Sequence record: MH051913
Length of the DNA stretch: 64,000 nt
Origin: Enterobacteria phage vB_EcoM_IME281
Direction: 5' to 3' (one strand)
Position numbers and translations under genes: made by a program. Numbering within the stretch: position 1 is the first letter of the stretch; each line of letters begins with the position of its first letter. The notes under the pieces were generated by a model. The model did no database searches and was not told the DNA's origin. It saw only the letters and a list, made by a program, of their open reading frames with translations. Of this stretch, positions 23,215-34,467 are shown in pieces.

Positions 23215-24219
23215 TTAGAATTCGAAGACAATGTTAATTTCTTCTGTTTGGTCCATGGAACGAATAACCGGAGGACGGTTTTCCATATAAATCATTTCAC
23301 CGGAGTGGCGGGAGAGGTCTATAACATCATAATACTCTTTTTCGGCTTTAATGATCGGATCGGATGGGTGAGCTTTAGCTTCCAATGGATTAGAAATTAT
23401 CGAAAGCTGTCTAAAACCTTTGTTGCCTGGCAAACTAAATTCAGGGAAATAAACCGAATCTAAGAATGCTTTAAAGCGAATAGTATTGGCTTTAATACGG
23501 TAAATTAACCCATAATCGTCTTGTTGCCAAGTGAGATTATTCTCGTATCCCCAACGTTCCGGGTCCTCAGCAATTTCTTCTGGCCATGGAACTACAATAT
23601 ATTCATTAGTGCATCGGTTAATACTTACATCAGGTGGAATCTCATACAAATATTCCCAGAGATATCCGTCACCAGTATCCACAATACCTTCCGTATCACC
23701 TTGTCCTGCCGGGGCTTTAACTGATTGCACATTTGAAGTCCATTTGCCACCAAGTTTAATACACTCGGTTTTATTATCAAGGGACAAAATAGAACATGTA
23801 CCTGATTCAGGAATATCTACACAACGATAAACCATCCATCCAGCACCTACATCAGTACGGTTTTGTGGCTGGCTATTCGCTACCACAATTTCACCTATCT
23901 GGAAAGTAAATGGGTTAGGATAAGTTGTGTCGCCCCAGTCTTTGCGTGGGACAACACAATCCAGCATACTCTTATAAACCTTAACACAACCCATCATGTT
24001 GGTCCAGACGTCTTCTACGCCTTCAGAATCATCTACAGGATAGGGTGGTGCAAAACCAGGGTCATTTTCGTTATCGGCCCATGGTCGGGCCCTTCCGAAA
24101 GATACATACATAGTGTTCTGGTCTTCGCCATCACCTATTGTTCTGTAAAAGTTGTACATTTTTTCCGTTCTAAATTTTGAAGTAACAATAGAACGATAAA
24201 CTACTGTAGAATTAATCAT
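23215..24219 (-). CDS. 8: gp8 baseplate wedge subunit
   Basis: 334 aa (same as T4 gp8); synteny. Confidence 0.8.
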   Translation of the reverse strand: MINSTVVYRSIVTSKFRTEKMYNFYRTIGDGEDQNTMYVSFGRARPWADNENDPGFAPPYPVDDSEGVEDVWTNMMGCVKVYKSMLDCVVPRKDWGDTTYPNPFTFQIGEIVVANSQPQNRTDVGAGWMVYRCVDIPESGTCSILSLDNKTECIKLGGKWTSNVQSVKAPAGQGDTEGIVDTGDGYLWEYLYEIPPDVSINRCTNEYIVVPWPEEIAEDPERWGYENNLTWQQDDYGLIYRIKANTIRFKAFLDSVYFPEFSLPGNKGFRQLSIISNPLEAKAHPSDPIIKAEKEYYDVIDLSRHSGEMIYMENRPPVIRSMDQTEEINIVFEF

Positions 24220-27200
24220 TAATTTTTACCTGAGTTGGAACTTTAGGGTCTCTAGGATTTCCAATATCGTCTTTAAGACGCTTATCAACCAGTGCACGCC
24301 AATTGGCAAAAGTCACAGCACTTTGGTCAAACAATGGACTATGCTTTTTAATACGTTCGTGTGGTAATTGACCTTGGAATACAGAGAAATCATTTTCTGC
24401 ATCATAATCGGCAGGAATATCAAACGGTTCACCTGCTTTAGGTCCAACGTTGTACATCGGAGCACCTGTACGAGGGTCTCGTTCTATATTACCATCAAAA
24501 CCTATTACAGCAACTCTATCATACCATTCAGATGGCAAACCTGAGTCCCATTTATAGTTCTTAAGGATATTAATAATGGTTTCTGTATGTTTTAGTGTTA
24601 AACCAACGTTAACAAACATAGAAAGCAAAGTTATACCTATAAAGCCGAAACCCACCGGGTGAACAAATCTCAAAACGTCGTTGCGATAACGAGAGGTTGG
24701 GAGATTAGACTTAATAGTCATCACATAGTAAGAACGGTTACGGTTGATATAATCGATATTGTTACTCAAAAGCTCTTTGCCGCGAACACCTTGAACAATC
24801 ATACCCTTAAATGAAGTACGTTCAGATTTGATTTCCTGACCGACTATAAAACGACCTAAAAGATTATGAATGGTTAAACGCCATTGCAATTTGCCATCTT
24901 TGTAATTTCGTTCTATATAAGTAACATTACTTCTTCCTGTAGGAGTATAAATCGTTTGGCCTACGATATCTTCACTGATATTGTCGGATTCTACGATGAT
25001 ATCATATTCGATAGAGTTCTTGGACTCGATATCAATTTCGACATCTTCATTATAAAGCAATTTAAACAGGAATTTATATGAAGCTTCAGTACCTTTAGTT
25101 GACCAAAAATCAGACTGACGAGCTTGGAAAAATCTAACAACTTCGTCGCGTTTTTCTTTTGACAAATAGATATTACGTTTATAAATTTCAGACCATAGGT
25201 ATTCCCATGAGTCTTCTTCACGAGGATACTGATTACGAATAAGGTTTAACAAATTATTATAATGAGTGCCAGAACCATCACTAATAAACTGTAGATAATA
25301 TTCGCAGAATTTTTCAAAATTGGAATCTTGGAGTAAATAACTATCCGGAACCATTTTGACCAATAACGGTTTCAAATCAGGGTCTTGTTCGCCAGTCTCT
25401 TCTTTAGGGGCCCATGGAATTTCATGCTCTTGGTTTTGGAGCTCTGCCGTAAACATAATTTCTTTAGGCTTCCAAATAACACGGACTTCATCACGCACAC
25501 GATAGTCGAATTCAAAATAACCAACTAATTCACCTGTAGATTTGTGAATCATCATACCTGAGGAATATTTTTTAAAGCCATTAAATTCGATATTAGGGGA
25601 CGTAACTTTGCAAAATCCTTTATTCCAAATCTCATGAACAATACGTTCTGGCGATGAACCACTATTAAGGTCGATTATTTTCTGATACAAAGCATCGTTA
25701 TAAACAACCATCGCATGGTCACCTGTAGTAATCCAAGAACGGGTTCCATCACGACGTGACCAACTGAAGAATGGTTCAGCATAATAAGCCATACGACCCG
25801 GTTTAAATTCTTTAAAATCTGATTTAGAGTTAGACCTAAAGCTCATCATCAAATAATGCTTATTATGAATCCACTGTTCGTCTTTAACGTATTTAACGGC
25901 GGAAGTAACAATTTCAGGATATTTCCAAGGAAGTTCAGAATCAACCTCTACTTCATATCTAAAGTTGCTTGAACTGAAAAATAATTCTTCACCATCTGTA
26001 GACATGCTAGTATATCCATGCTCTATACGACGACGTTCTTCTTCAGTATTTCCGAATACACGAGTCCAAGTATCTGTTTCTACATCCAACCAATAGACAC
26101 CTTTAGATTCAGAATCAATTACGTTAGCCTCTACTGTAGGGTCCATTTTTTCTTCTTTAACTTCGCCTGTAATTAAAGCAAACGTATGTCCTTGGATAGA
26201 ATCTAATTTATAACAAACAGCTTTAGGGTTCCCTGTGATAGTTGAATATCCGCTTTCAAATATCTTCTCGCCGTAAGTTGGTGAGCTAGGGTCAGTGTCT
26301 ATAGGGGCCTCGGATGTTTTTGCTTTATAAACTCTGTCTCTACCCGCAACATAAATGAAATCGTCAGAAGCACACATAGCTTCGGCAATAGTGGAAATAG
26401 GCAATGGGAGTTTTGCGTATGACCCAAATATTTCTATTTCAAACGGAAGGTCGATATCACTACCGATTTTAGCAAAAGTTACATCCTGAGAACTAAAGCG
26501 AACGTCATCAGCAGACCATCTAATATCACTTGATTTACGCCCGTAAAATATTTGGTCATAACCTAGTACGTATGTAGTAGTTTCTGTTTGGTAATGAGCC
26601 GTTCTAGATACCGGATTACCCACTCTATCGTTAAACAATCTAATATAGTGCCAGTTTTGTCCTTTATCATTAGAAACTTTAGCTGTGCTTTGGAATCTTT
26701 CTAAAAGATACAGAACTCCACCAAGTTCCATTAAAATAGAACGTCTAGGGTCTTTACAAACTGCTTGAATGCTTCCTTGGATTTCATGGAATCGGTCGGC
26801 TTTTAAAACATAATTTGATATAGATGACAAATGTGAATACGCCGGCGTAAAGTTAAAATCTTCCGTCATTAAGGAAGCCATAATGGCATCAGTATTAAAG
26901 TTCACATAATTCTGATTATTTTTTGTGAATTTTTCTTCAATAAATTTATTAGACAATGTGAATTCACGCATATGCTCAAATGTATATGCGTTGGTAGAGA
27001 AAGTTTCAAATTCTTCAGTGTAAACCCACTCAGACTGCTCAAACCCCTGAGCAGCGACCGCAACTCGCATTTTATAAAATGAATTAGGAGAAATGAATGC
27101 CTCTTCAAACCATTCGTTATTAGGGGTGTAACCTAAATTTCTCCAAAATAATCTATCGTCGGGAATTTCTACACCCGCATCCTTCGTTTGGGCCAGTTCT

Positions 27201-27307
27201 ACGAAATAATAGAAGTTGGCGCCTACGTCATCCCAAAGAATGCTCACATGGTTAGCCGAGAGCTTATCAATTCTCAGACTAGTAACATAAGGCGCTTGTA
27301 CAGACAT
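24212..27307 (-). CDS. 7: gp7 baseplate wedge initiator
   Basis: 1031 aa; synteny and size. Confidence 0.85.
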   Translation of the reverse strand: MSVQAPYVTSLRIDKLSANHVSILWDDVGANFYYFVELAQTKDAGVEIPDDRLFWRNLGYTPNNEWFEEAFISPNSFYKMRVAVAAQGFEQSEWVYTEEFETFSTNAYTFEHMREFTLSNKFIEEKFTKNNQNYVNFNTDAIMASLMTEDFNFTPAYSHLSSISNYVLKADRFHEIQGSIQAVCKDPRRSILMELGGVLYLLERFQSTAKVSNDKGQNWHYIRLFNDRVGNPVSRTAHYQTETTTYVLGYDQIFYGRKSSDIRWSADDVRFSSQDVTFAKIGSDIDLPFEIEIFGSYAKLPLPISTIAEAMCASDDFIYVAGRDRVYKAKTSEAPIDTDPSSPTYGEKIFESGYSTITGNPKAVCYKLDSIQGHTFALITGEVKEEKMDPTVEANVIDSESKGVYWLDVETDTWTRVFGNTEEERRRIEHGYTSMSTDGEELFFSSSNFRYEVEVDSELPWKYPEIVTSAVKYVKDEQWIHNKHYLMMSFRSNSKSDFKEFKPGRMAYYAEPFFSWSRRDGTRSWITTGDHAMVVYNDALYQKIIDLNSGSSPERIVHEIWNKGFCKVTSPNIEFNGFKKYSSGMMIHKSTGELVGYFEFDYRVRDEVRVIWKPKEIMFTAELQNQEHEIPWAPKEETGEQDPDLKPLLVKMVPDSYLLQDSNFEKFCEYYLQFISDGSGTHYNNLLNLIRNQYPREEDSWEYLWSEIYKRNIYLSKEKRDEVVRFFQARQSDFWSTKGTEASYKFLFKLLYNEDVEIDIESKNSIEYDIIVESDNISEDIVGQTIYTPTGRSNVTYIERNYKDGKLQWRLTIHNLLGRFIVGQEIKSERTSFKGMIVQGVRGKELLSNNIDYINRNRSYYVMTIKSNLPTSRYRNDVLRFVHPVGFGFIGITLLSMFVNVGLTLKHTETIINILKNYKWDSGLPSEWYDRVAVIGFDGNIERDPRTGAPMYNVGPKAGEPFDIPADYDAENDFSVFQGQLPHERIKKHSPLFDQSAVTFANWRALVDKRLKDDIGNPRDPKVPTQVKIND

Positions 27308-27321
27308 TAAATCTCCTTAAA

Positions 27322-27333
27322 CCTCCGAAGAGG
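27322..27333 (-). promoter_or_regulatory. UUCG tetraloop hairpin (ccuc-uucg-gagg on the transcript) between gp6 and gp7, just 5' of the gp7 SD
   Basis: Seen in sequence; AAGGAG SD follows on the minus strand. Confidence 0.4.
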
Positions 27334-27334
27334 C

Positions 27335-29293
27335 TTATATTGTAATTGGTTCCAACTCTATAGTTGTGTACTGAGGACGAAGGTCATCTTCAAATACAAT
27401 TAAAGAGCCGTCTTTGGTAAAGATGTTGTCTTGGTCTGGTCCTGCATAAAGTTCAATAGACTGGACTTCAAAACGGTCGGAAGTAAGGCCTATTGCGGCG
27501 ATATCCCAGAAAATAAAGTCTGAGTAATAATCAATTTCGCCAATAACATAGTAGACCGATTGGTCTGCAGGAGCTGTCATTTTATCGAAGTCATCTCCGG
27601 TATAAGGTTGGATGTATTGGTTTTCAATTACATCACCTGGTCGGAAAGGACCTATAACCATTTTACCATCGCCTCGTTCGTCTTTATCTGTAGCAACAAT
27701 ACGTACGTTATAAGATTTAATATCGTCCGATACGTTTGTTGGGACGAACTCAAATTCACTAGAAGTTACAGAACGGTTGGTGTATTGATTATAGTATTTA
27801 ATACCCGCTTCAGGTGTTTTGAAGAAGTTTAATACCTCGCGAACCATTGTTACCGTAGCCGAAGAGCCAAGGATACTGTGGTCTGCATTATCAATATAAG
27901 TCAGCATTTTAGACTTGGCAAATCCATGGTTGAATATTTCAACTTCGTTAATATAATAACGGTCTATTTGGGAAAGGATTTGAGCCGTTAGCCATTGTTC
28001 GGATTCCTGTAATTTGTTCAGTGCATATGAAACCTTAATTTTATGCTTTAAGAACAAGTAGTCCGGAGAAATAACCGAAGGAGTAATAGGCGCCAAGTTA
28101 AATTCTGAAAGATAATTTTGGATATCTTCACGTTGAACCGCTGTCAAATACAATCCTGATTTAGGTTTAATAGTAACAAAGGCGTAACCCGGTTTATTTG
28201 GGTCTGTAAAGGTTTGTACTGCTTGTACAATAGAACCAAATCGTTCTGAAACGAATGTATCATAATCTGTACCGGTTACAGCACGCATCTGGGCTTCACG
28301 TTTAACTACAGCCAGTTCACGAATACGTTCGATATCTTCAGGGTCACCGCCGCCATCAGCACCTACATAATCAGGGTTCCCATCATAGTTTTCTGTAATT
28401 TTTTCAACCGTAATATATGCCAAAGAATCCGCATAACTAAAGTCCACGGCTCCGTTAGCAACTTCACCATCGGTACGAAGATATTCTATAACAATGGTAG
28501 CATCTTTAACAGGTTTTAAACCACCAATATAGTTAGCTTCTAATACACCGCCCGCAACTGATTTTTCGGCAACGCCTTCACCAAAGAAGAATTCAGTATT
28601 ACCATCTACGGTTTCACGCATATAGTAAATGGTTGATGTACTACCAGCATGAACCATGGATTTATTAGTCCAGTTAGTCCATTCTGCACCATCGACATAA
28701 AGTTTAACTTCTTGTCTATCAATATCCGGGTCACGAATAAGAATAGGGGTTTTAGGGTCATACTTAAGTTCGGTACGAATAATACGACCTTGTGCTAAAG
28801 ATACAATAGGGAGATATTGGTTATTAACATCACGTACGGCAATAACGTTTTCCGTGGTAACAAAAGCATACGGGTCTGCCGAAGTATCACGAGCATAGGC
28901 CAAGAATTTAGTACCACGTGGGATACGAATATTCTTTTCATTCAGGGCCTGAGTACAGGTCAACATAATACTTGTTTTTGCCGCCGATTTAGAACTAGGA
29001 AGATATCCGTTATCTTGTGCAGCCTGGACAACCGAAGAACGAAGGTTTGCCGTTCCTATAAAAGACTCGTATAAAGCTGTGTTAGCAAATTGCTGTATAT
29101 AAAGAGTATTATAAGCAAGCATATCAATAAGGATATTCATTCGAGAACCAACGAAATCATAATCCTTAAATTCTTCCTGGCTGGAAAGCCAATCGATAAT
29201 ATTCTTTTTAATTTCTTCAAACGTAGCTCCCACAAATACTTTTGGGATAGCGTTAACGGTTCTTGTTAATTGGTAATTCGTAGGAGTAGCCAT
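27335..29293 (-). CDS. 6: gp6 baseplate wedge subunit
   Basis: 652 aa; synteny. Confidence 0.85.
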   Translation of the reverse strand: MATPTNYQLTRTVNAIPKVFVGATFEEIKKNIIDWLSSQEEFKDYDFVGSRMNILIDMLAYNTLYIQQFANTALYESFIGTANLRSSVVQAAQDNGYLPSSKSAAKTSIMLTCTQALNEKNIRIPRGTKFLAYARDTSADPYAFVTTENVIAVRDVNNQYLPIVSLAQGRIIRTELKYDPKTPILIRDPDIDRQEVKLYVDGAEWTNWTNKSMVHAGSTSTIYYMRETVDGNTEFFFGEGVAEKSVAGGVLEANYIGGLKPVKDATIVIEYLRTDGEVANGAVDFSYADSLAYITVEKITENYDGNPDYVGADGGGDPEDIERIRELAVVKREAQMRAVTGTDYDTFVSERFGSIVQAVQTFTDPNKPGYAFVTIKPKSGLYLTAVQREDIQNYLSEFNLAPITPSVISPDYLFLKHKIKVSYALNKLQESEQWLTAQILSQIDRYYINEVEIFNHGFAKSKMLTYIDNADHSILGSSATVTMVREVLNFFKTPEAGIKYYNQYTNRSVTSSEFEFVPTNVSDDIKSYNVRIVATDKDERGDGKMVIGPFRPGDVIENQYIQPYTGDDFDKMTAPADQSVYYVIGEIDYYSDFIFWDIAAIGLTSDRFEVQSIELYAGPDQDNIFTKDGSLIVFEDDLRPQYTTIELEPITI

Positions 29294-29301
29294 TTTAATT
29301 C

Positions 29302-29595
29302 CTATTTTATGAATACTTTAGATGAGGCTTGTGCGACTGTATCTCCGCACGAAATAGGGTCTGCCATTTGGACAGCCTTTTTGCCTGTAACATATACCTT
29401 TGATGTTCTAGGTTGGGTTACCCCACCGTGGGTTTCATATGGTTTTTTAATTTCTGTATGAGGAGTTATTGGGTCCCCATCGACTAATACAGGAATGCCG
29501 CCTGTAAATACTTTACCCTGGGTGGCATTTATTACTGTAGGAGGCCATGCTTCATGACCTGCTGTTACGCATTGGTTATAACTTAAGCCCGACAT
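29302..29595 (-). CDS. 5.4: gp5.4 PAAR-repeat tail-spike tip protein
   Basis: 97 aa; size, position and PAAR-like composition. Confidence 0.75.
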   Translation of the reverse strand: MSGLSYNQCVTAGHEAWPPTVINATQGKVFTGGIPVLVDGDPITPHTEIKKPYETHGGVTQPRTSKVYVTGKKAVQMADPISCGDTVAQASSKVFIK

Positions 29596-30116
29596 TATGG
29601 CCTCGCATATACATATTCTCTAAGTTGATTAGCCCATTTGCTCCAATTACCCACTATAACCTTGGTATAAACCTTAGTAAGAGTTTTTCTTACCGGTGCT
29701 GGAGGAGGGTCTGTTTCGTTACCGGCTCTAGAATTACTTCCTCCTGAGCTCCCTGTATCACCTCCTGATGACTCTTCCTGAAAGTCATAGATTAATGTGA
29801 CGGTATAGGAAAAAGTCTTCTTAAGATTACCAGGGGCTTTCCAGAGGTATAATTGAGTGCTCTTGTCCTCTGGTAAATCTTTCCACGAACCTGCTGTTTT
29901 AAATTCATCACCTAATCGATATTTTAACGCATCTTCAGAAAATCCGAATACCGATTCATAGGTTCCGTATAAACGAGCCCCATCGACAATAATGCCTTCT
30001 GTTGGCTCATATTCTGTTATATTTATTTCAACTAATGTTTCGTTTGTTTCTAATTGAGCGGTAAACGTAACATCGATTGAGGCTCCTTCCATGGAGTCTC
30101 CTAAATCTGTGCTCAT
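29595..30116 (-). CDS. Hypothetical baseplate-region protein (5.1-like position); start ambiguous (30116, 30152 or 30176)
   Basis: ORF between gp5 and gp5.4; the longest form overlaps gp5 by 50 nt, so a downstream ATG is preferred. Confidence 0.5.
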   Translation of the reverse strand: MSTDLGDSMEGASIDVTFTAQLETNETLVEINITEYEPTEGIIVDGARLYGTYESVFGFSEDALKYRLGDEFKTAGSWKDLPEDKSTQLYLWKAPGNLKKTFSYTVTLIYDFQEESSGGDTGSSGGSNSRAGNETDPPPAPVRKTLTKVYTKVIVGNWSKWANQLREYVYARP

Positions 30117-30126
30117 AGGTAAAATA

Positions 30127-31869
30127 TTAGCCAATGTCAATCCTCGAACCATCAATAGTATATTGACCGGACGCAATAGAACTCATAGTCGACATAGTTT
30201 CAGACCAATTACCGGCAACAGTCATATCGACGTTTCCGTTTACCGACCACTTAACATTTCCATTTACTGTATAATCGTGGTTGCCTTCGACTAAGGTTTT
30301 TGCATCACCTTTAACAGTTATATCAGCATTGCCTTCAACAATAACCGTAACATTTCCTTTAACAATAAGGGTTCCGTCACCTTCTACCGTTTTGGTTTCA
30401 TTACCACGAATATGAATGCTTTCAGAACCGTCAGTTTGACGTCGAACGTTTGCCATATTATAATAGGTTTCATCACCACCTATATTGACTTTATTATTAC
30501 CGCCAACATAAGTATTAGAATCGCCTTGGGTCATATAATACCCGTCGGCTACGGTCTTAGAAGTTTTACGTCCGTCAGGAGCGACTTCTTCATAACTACC
30601 TGTAGGGTGGATTAATCGGTAACGTTCTTGCCCTGGGGTGTTATCGAATTCTTGGATATGCCCACCTTCAGTTTGCATGGTTTGGACATACGGGTATTCG
30701 CCTTTATAACTAGAATCAGGCTCTTTAAAAAGAATCCTTGTATCTTCCGGAGTCCATGGGTCGGCTGGGTCGGAATTTTTAGGGGCCGCAAAGGTTTGAA
30801 TCATTCTATAAGAACGACCTTTAAATTTCCTTTCTTTAGGTGCCATAATACCATATGATTCCATATTACCTGTAAGGATAATCATTGACACCCTTGAGGC
30901 GCGACCTTTAGTTTGGTTAAACCATACAGAATCACGAGCGGCATCAAATGCTTTCTTATAATCTCCAGCTAACATTGCAGAGAGCATCGTTTTAAATTTA
31001 GCAAGCCCACCTAAACCCATTTGGAAAGCCATGTTTTCAAGAGCCATTTGTCTTGAACGGTTTTCTTTATTGTAAACTGGACCCACAACACTGTGCCGGC
31101 CTATATCACTCTGGACTTTTTTAAGGTCTTCTTGGAATAATTTAGAAGCCTCGTCCATTGATATTGCACCCGGGTTTCCTTTAACTTCACGACCTATTTG
31201 ATTAGATAATATTTTGTTTATTTGATTCATATCTCTAATAGGTTGTGGAGTAATAAGGTGACCTATACCTATGGTAGGATATCCTTCAGTGTCCCAATAT
31301 ACCTTAAGACGAAGACCCTCATCACGATGAAGCATGTTTTCTATTGTGAAATTAGGATTATCATCAGGCTTAACCTGGCTTAAATCTAATCCATCAGGAT
31401 TAATACCTACGTCAGTGTTTGCATCTTGTATTACGTTAGAAGTGGCGTCATATCCAACTTCACCACCTCGGTTTAGTGCAGCAGCGTCATTACCTAAATA
31501 AAGTGGGTATTGTCCTGTAGGGTCACTAAAACCTTCGTTTGGATTGGCCTTTTGTTTTGAAGCCGAACCGTATGTACCAAGGACAAGACCGTTTAATTTC
31601 CACTTATCAAGAAAGTGCCCGTAAACTTGTGTACCCGGGACCATACCTGTCATGGCGGTTTGGATACCGGAAACAGAGGCAGAAGATGTGGGCATTAATA
31701 CCGACATCCATGGTAAATCTTCTGTACGAAGGCCTTTTACAGGACCCTGTACTTTTTCATACGGATGCATACCCCATACGCGTACGCGTACTCGGCCTTG
31801 TTTGAGTGGGTCCATTCGGTCTTCAACTACGCCGACGAACCAACTTAAATTATCAGACATGTTAATCAT
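30127..31869 (-). CDS. 5: gp5 baseplate hub + tail lysozyme with C-terminal beta-helix
   Basis: 580 aa; lysozyme block YWDTEGYPTIGIGHLI; C-terminal VxGN repeat. Confidence 0.9.
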   Translation of the reverse strand: MINMSDNLSWFVGVVEDRMDPLKQGRVRVRVWGMHPYEKVQGPVKGLRTEDLPWMSVLMPTSSASVSGIQTAMTGMVPGTQVYGHFLDKWKLNGLVLGTYGSASKQKANPNEGFSDPTGQYPLYLGNDAAALNRGGEVGYDATSNVIQDANTDVGINPDGLDLSQVKPDDNPNFTIENMLHRDEGLRLKVYWDTEGYPTIGIGHLITPQPIRDMNQINKILSNQIGREVKGNPGAISMDEASKLFQEDLKKVQSDIGRHSVVGPVYNKENRSRQMALENMAFQMGLGGLAKFKTMLSAMLAGDYKKAFDAARDSVWFNQTKGRASRVSMIILTGNMESYGIMAPKERKFKGRSYRMIQTFAAPKNSDPADPWTPEDTRILFKEPDSSYKGEYPYVQTMQTEGGHIQEFDNTPGQERYRLIHPTGSYEEVAPDGRKTSKTVADGYYMTQGDSNTYVGGNNKVNIGGDETYYNMANVRRQTDGSESIHIRGNETKTVEGDGTLIVKGNVTVIVEGNADITVKGDAKTLVEGNHDYTVNGNVKWSVNGNVDMTVAGNWSETMSTMSSIASGQYTIDGSRIDIG

Positions 31870-32471
31870 TAGAGGGCTTTCTCCATTTCACGAATAAGAG
31901 CAGAAATAAAAGACTCAATATCATTAGGGTCTATAATTTTTATTTCACGCTTATATTCATTTTTGCGAATAGCATCCTCGTAAATATCTACTGCGGCCAA
32001 TGGGCCTTCGTATTGAGGATAACGTTTTTCTGTATCGCCTTTATCATACCAAGTATACGGATTTTCCGGTGTGTTGACAAGATTCCAGAATTTCTCGCCT
32101 TTTTCGTTTACATGGTAAAGGACCTGGTTTCCACCAGCAGTAGAATATCTTTGGATGGCTGCTTGGTAGGCGGCTTCTTGGCCGGTAATCCATCCATAAT
32201 ACGGGTCGTATATATTATTACACATCAGTAGAACCCAATATAATTGGACATTGCCATAAAGAAGATGGGCTAATTCTTCCGGACGCGGGGCTCCATTGAT
32301 ATAATAAGTTTTTAGTGTATAATTTTTAGCCACTCTATCAAAATATTCTTTATAATTTCTAAATATATCAGTCATCGGCACGCTCAATACATCGGCATTT
32401 GTTAATGAGCCAGATTCTGGCTTGACTGTTTTTGATTCGTAATCGATAGGATCGAAAAATGAGAAGAGCAT
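31869..32471 (-). CDS. 53: gp53 baseplate wedge subunit
   Basis: 200 aa; synteny, divergent from gp4. Confidence 0.8.
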   Translation of the reverse strand: MLFSFFDPIDYESKTVKPESGSLTNADVLSVPMTDIFRNYKEYFDRVAKNYTLKTYYINGAPRPEELAHLLYGNVQLYWVLLMCNNIYDPYYGWITGQEAAYQAAIQRYSTAGGNQVLYHVNEKGEKFWNLVNTPENPYTWYDKGDTEKRYPQYEGPLAAVDIYEDAIRKNEYKREIKIIDPNDIESFISALIREMEKAL

Positions 32472-32483
32472 AGGGCCTCCGAG

Positions 32484-32491
32484 TATAAATA
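32484..32491 (+). promoter_or_regulatory. Late promoter box TATAAATA for gp4 (plus strand)
   Basis: 26 nt upstream of the gp4 ATG. Confidence 0.55.
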
Positions 32492-32498
32492 ATATTAA

Positions 32499-32506
32499 TA
32501 TTTATA
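32499..32506 (-). promoter_or_regulatory. Late promoter box TATAAATA for gp53 (minus strand)
   Basis: Plus-strand TATTTATA 28 nt upstream of the gp53 start; interleaved with the gp4 promoter. Confidence 0.55.
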
Positions 32507-32517
32507 AGGAGGCAACT

Positions 32518-32967
32518 ATGGCTTACTCAGGGAAATTTAAACCTACCAACTTACAAAAATATAAAGGTGACTGGAAGAAAATCCAATATCGTTCCTCATG
32601 GGAAGCATGGCTCATGCGTTGGCTTGACAATCATCCTAACGTAGTCCAATGGAACTCTGAAGAGGTAGTTATTCCGTATTTTAGTAATGCTGATGGAAAG
32701 AAACGTCGATATTTTATGGACTTCTGGGTTAAGTTTGATAATGGCCAACAATTCTTTTTTGAAGTCAAACCTTTTAAAGAAACCCATCCTCCAGCGGCTC
32801 CTGCTAAAATGACTACAGCCGCTAAAAAGAGATATATCAACGAACATTATACATGGAGTGTAAATAAAGATAAATGGAAAGCTGCTAAAGCTACAGCAGA
32901 TAAAATGGGAATCAATTTTAGATTGATAACTGAAAACTCACTGAAAAAATTAGGATGGAAAGGATGA
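32518..32967 (+). CDS. 4: gp4 head completion protein
   Basis: 149 aa; synteny 53|4-2-3-1-57A-57B. Confidence 0.8.
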   Translation: MAYSGKFKPTNLQKYKGDWKKIQYRSSWEAWLMRWLDNHPNVVQWNSEEVVIPYFSNADGKKRRYFMDFWVKFDNGQQFFFEVKPFKETHPPAAPAKMTTAAKKRYINEHYTWSVNKDKWKAAKATADKMGINFRLITENSLKKLGWKG

Positions 32968-33791
32968 GTATATTTTCCTACATCAATGAGGCCACTGAAA
33001 CCACAAAAGGTTCCAAGCCTACTCGTTCAGAGCAACAATGGATAGCTTTAGGTGTTGAATATGCCAAAGCTAAGGCCAAAGGTGTCTCGGCTAAGAAATT
33101 CGCTGAAGATAAAGGCATTAAGTATTCTAGCTTTACATCTGCGATGTCTCGATACTCGAGTCGAATTAAAACTGCTGTACAGGTCGAAAAACTCCAGAAG
33201 AAACCTGGCAATAAATTAACCAAAGCTGAACGTCAATTAATTTTGGTTAATAGTTTTAGAAAGAGTATTCGTGATAAGATTGCTAACGAAGGCGCTGCTG
33301 TAAACAATAAATCAGCTAAATGGTTTACAGAAACATTAAAGAAAGGAATTCGTGGACACCAGGTATCTAAACCATCTCCTGGTAAGCTTTATGCTTATAT
33401 CTATGACGCCAAACATAAGGATACCCTACCATACTGGGACAAATATCCATTAATCATTTATCTTGGGTTAGGTAAGCATAATCTGATGTACGGGTTGAAC
33501 TTACACTATATTCCACCTAAAGCACGTCAACAATTTCTAGAAGAATTGCTGAAGCAATACGCGAGTACGCCTACCATTACGAACTCGACTAAATTAAAAA
33601 TCGATTGGAGTAAGGTAAAAGGATTCGCTGGCACTGACGTGATGATTAAAGCTTATATCCCTGGAAATATCAAAGGACCTTTAGTAGAGATAAAACCTTC
33701 TGATTGGGCTAATGTCGTAATGATGCCTCTCCAGCAGTTCATGTCTAAAGGTAAGCGTTACTCAGCTCAGACAGTATGGAAGAACGCATAA
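32955..33791 (+). CDS. 2: gp2 DNA end protector protein
   Basis: 278 aa; synteny. Confidence 0.75.
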   Translation: MERMSIFSYINEATETTKGSKPTRSEQQWIALGVEYAKAKAKGVSAKKFAEDKGIKYSSFTSAMSRYSSRIKTAVQVEKLQKKPGNKLTKAERQLILVNSFRKSIRDKIANEGAAVNNKSAKWFTETLKKGIRGHQVSKPSPGKLYAYIYDAKHKDTLPYWDKYPLIIYLGLGKHNLMYGLNLHYIPPKARQQFLEELLKQYASTPTITNSTKLKIDWSKVKGFAGTDVMIKAYIPGNIKGPLVEIKPSDWANVVMMPLQQFMSKGKRYSAQTVWKNA

Positions 33792-33876
33792 TAATCTATT
33801 ATCCCAGCCAGTTATTGAATGGAACAGACCTAGGACCATTATACACTGGCTAGGACTTAAGCAATATAGGAATCCT

Positions 33877-34467
33877 ATGAACGGTTTATTTAACCAAACT
33901 AACACTACCAACTTTATCTTAGAGGTTAGTGACTCAGGAATGACGCAGGCATTCAAATTGAACGTACAAGATGTAACACTACCGGGCATCCATATTCCGG
34001 TCTCAGACGTCCCAGGATCGACCCAAGGTATAAACCGTGCTAAACTGCCAGGTTCTACTGTAGAATTCGACCCTTTGATTGTGAACTTTCTTGTAGACCG
34101 CGAGTTGAAATCATGGCTGGACGTTTATAAATGGATGCTATCATTAAACAACTATGTAACACATGAATCTGAAGCCTGGCATCCTAAAGGTCAGCCTGAG
34201 GCTATCACCCTCCACATTCTTGATAACAACAAACAGAAAATCGTAATGAGCATTCATTACTACGGTGGTTGGCCATCCGACCTTTCCGAGATTCAGTACT
34301 CTTATAAAGAAGATTCCGACCCTGCGATAATCGCTACAGCAACATTCAACTTCAAATCGTTTGCTGTAGAAATAGATGGTACAATAGTTACAGGTCGTCC
34401 ACAAATTGATTCGTATGCCGAACAACGTGTGGCTCGTATGTCTATGCATCCATCTATGAGAAAATAA
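33877..34467 (+). CDS. 3: gp3 tail completion / tube terminator protein
   Basis: 196 aa; synteny. Confidence 0.7.
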   Translation: MNGLFNQTNTTNFILEVSDSGMTQAFKLNVQDVTLPGIHIPVSDVPGSTQGINRAKLPGSTVEFDPLIVNFLVDRELKSWLDVYKWMLSLNNYVTHESEAWHPKGQPEAITLHILDNNKQKIVMSIHYYGGWPSDLSEIQYSYKEDSDPAIIATATFNFKSFAVEIDGTIVTGRPQIDSYAEQRVARMSMHPSMRK

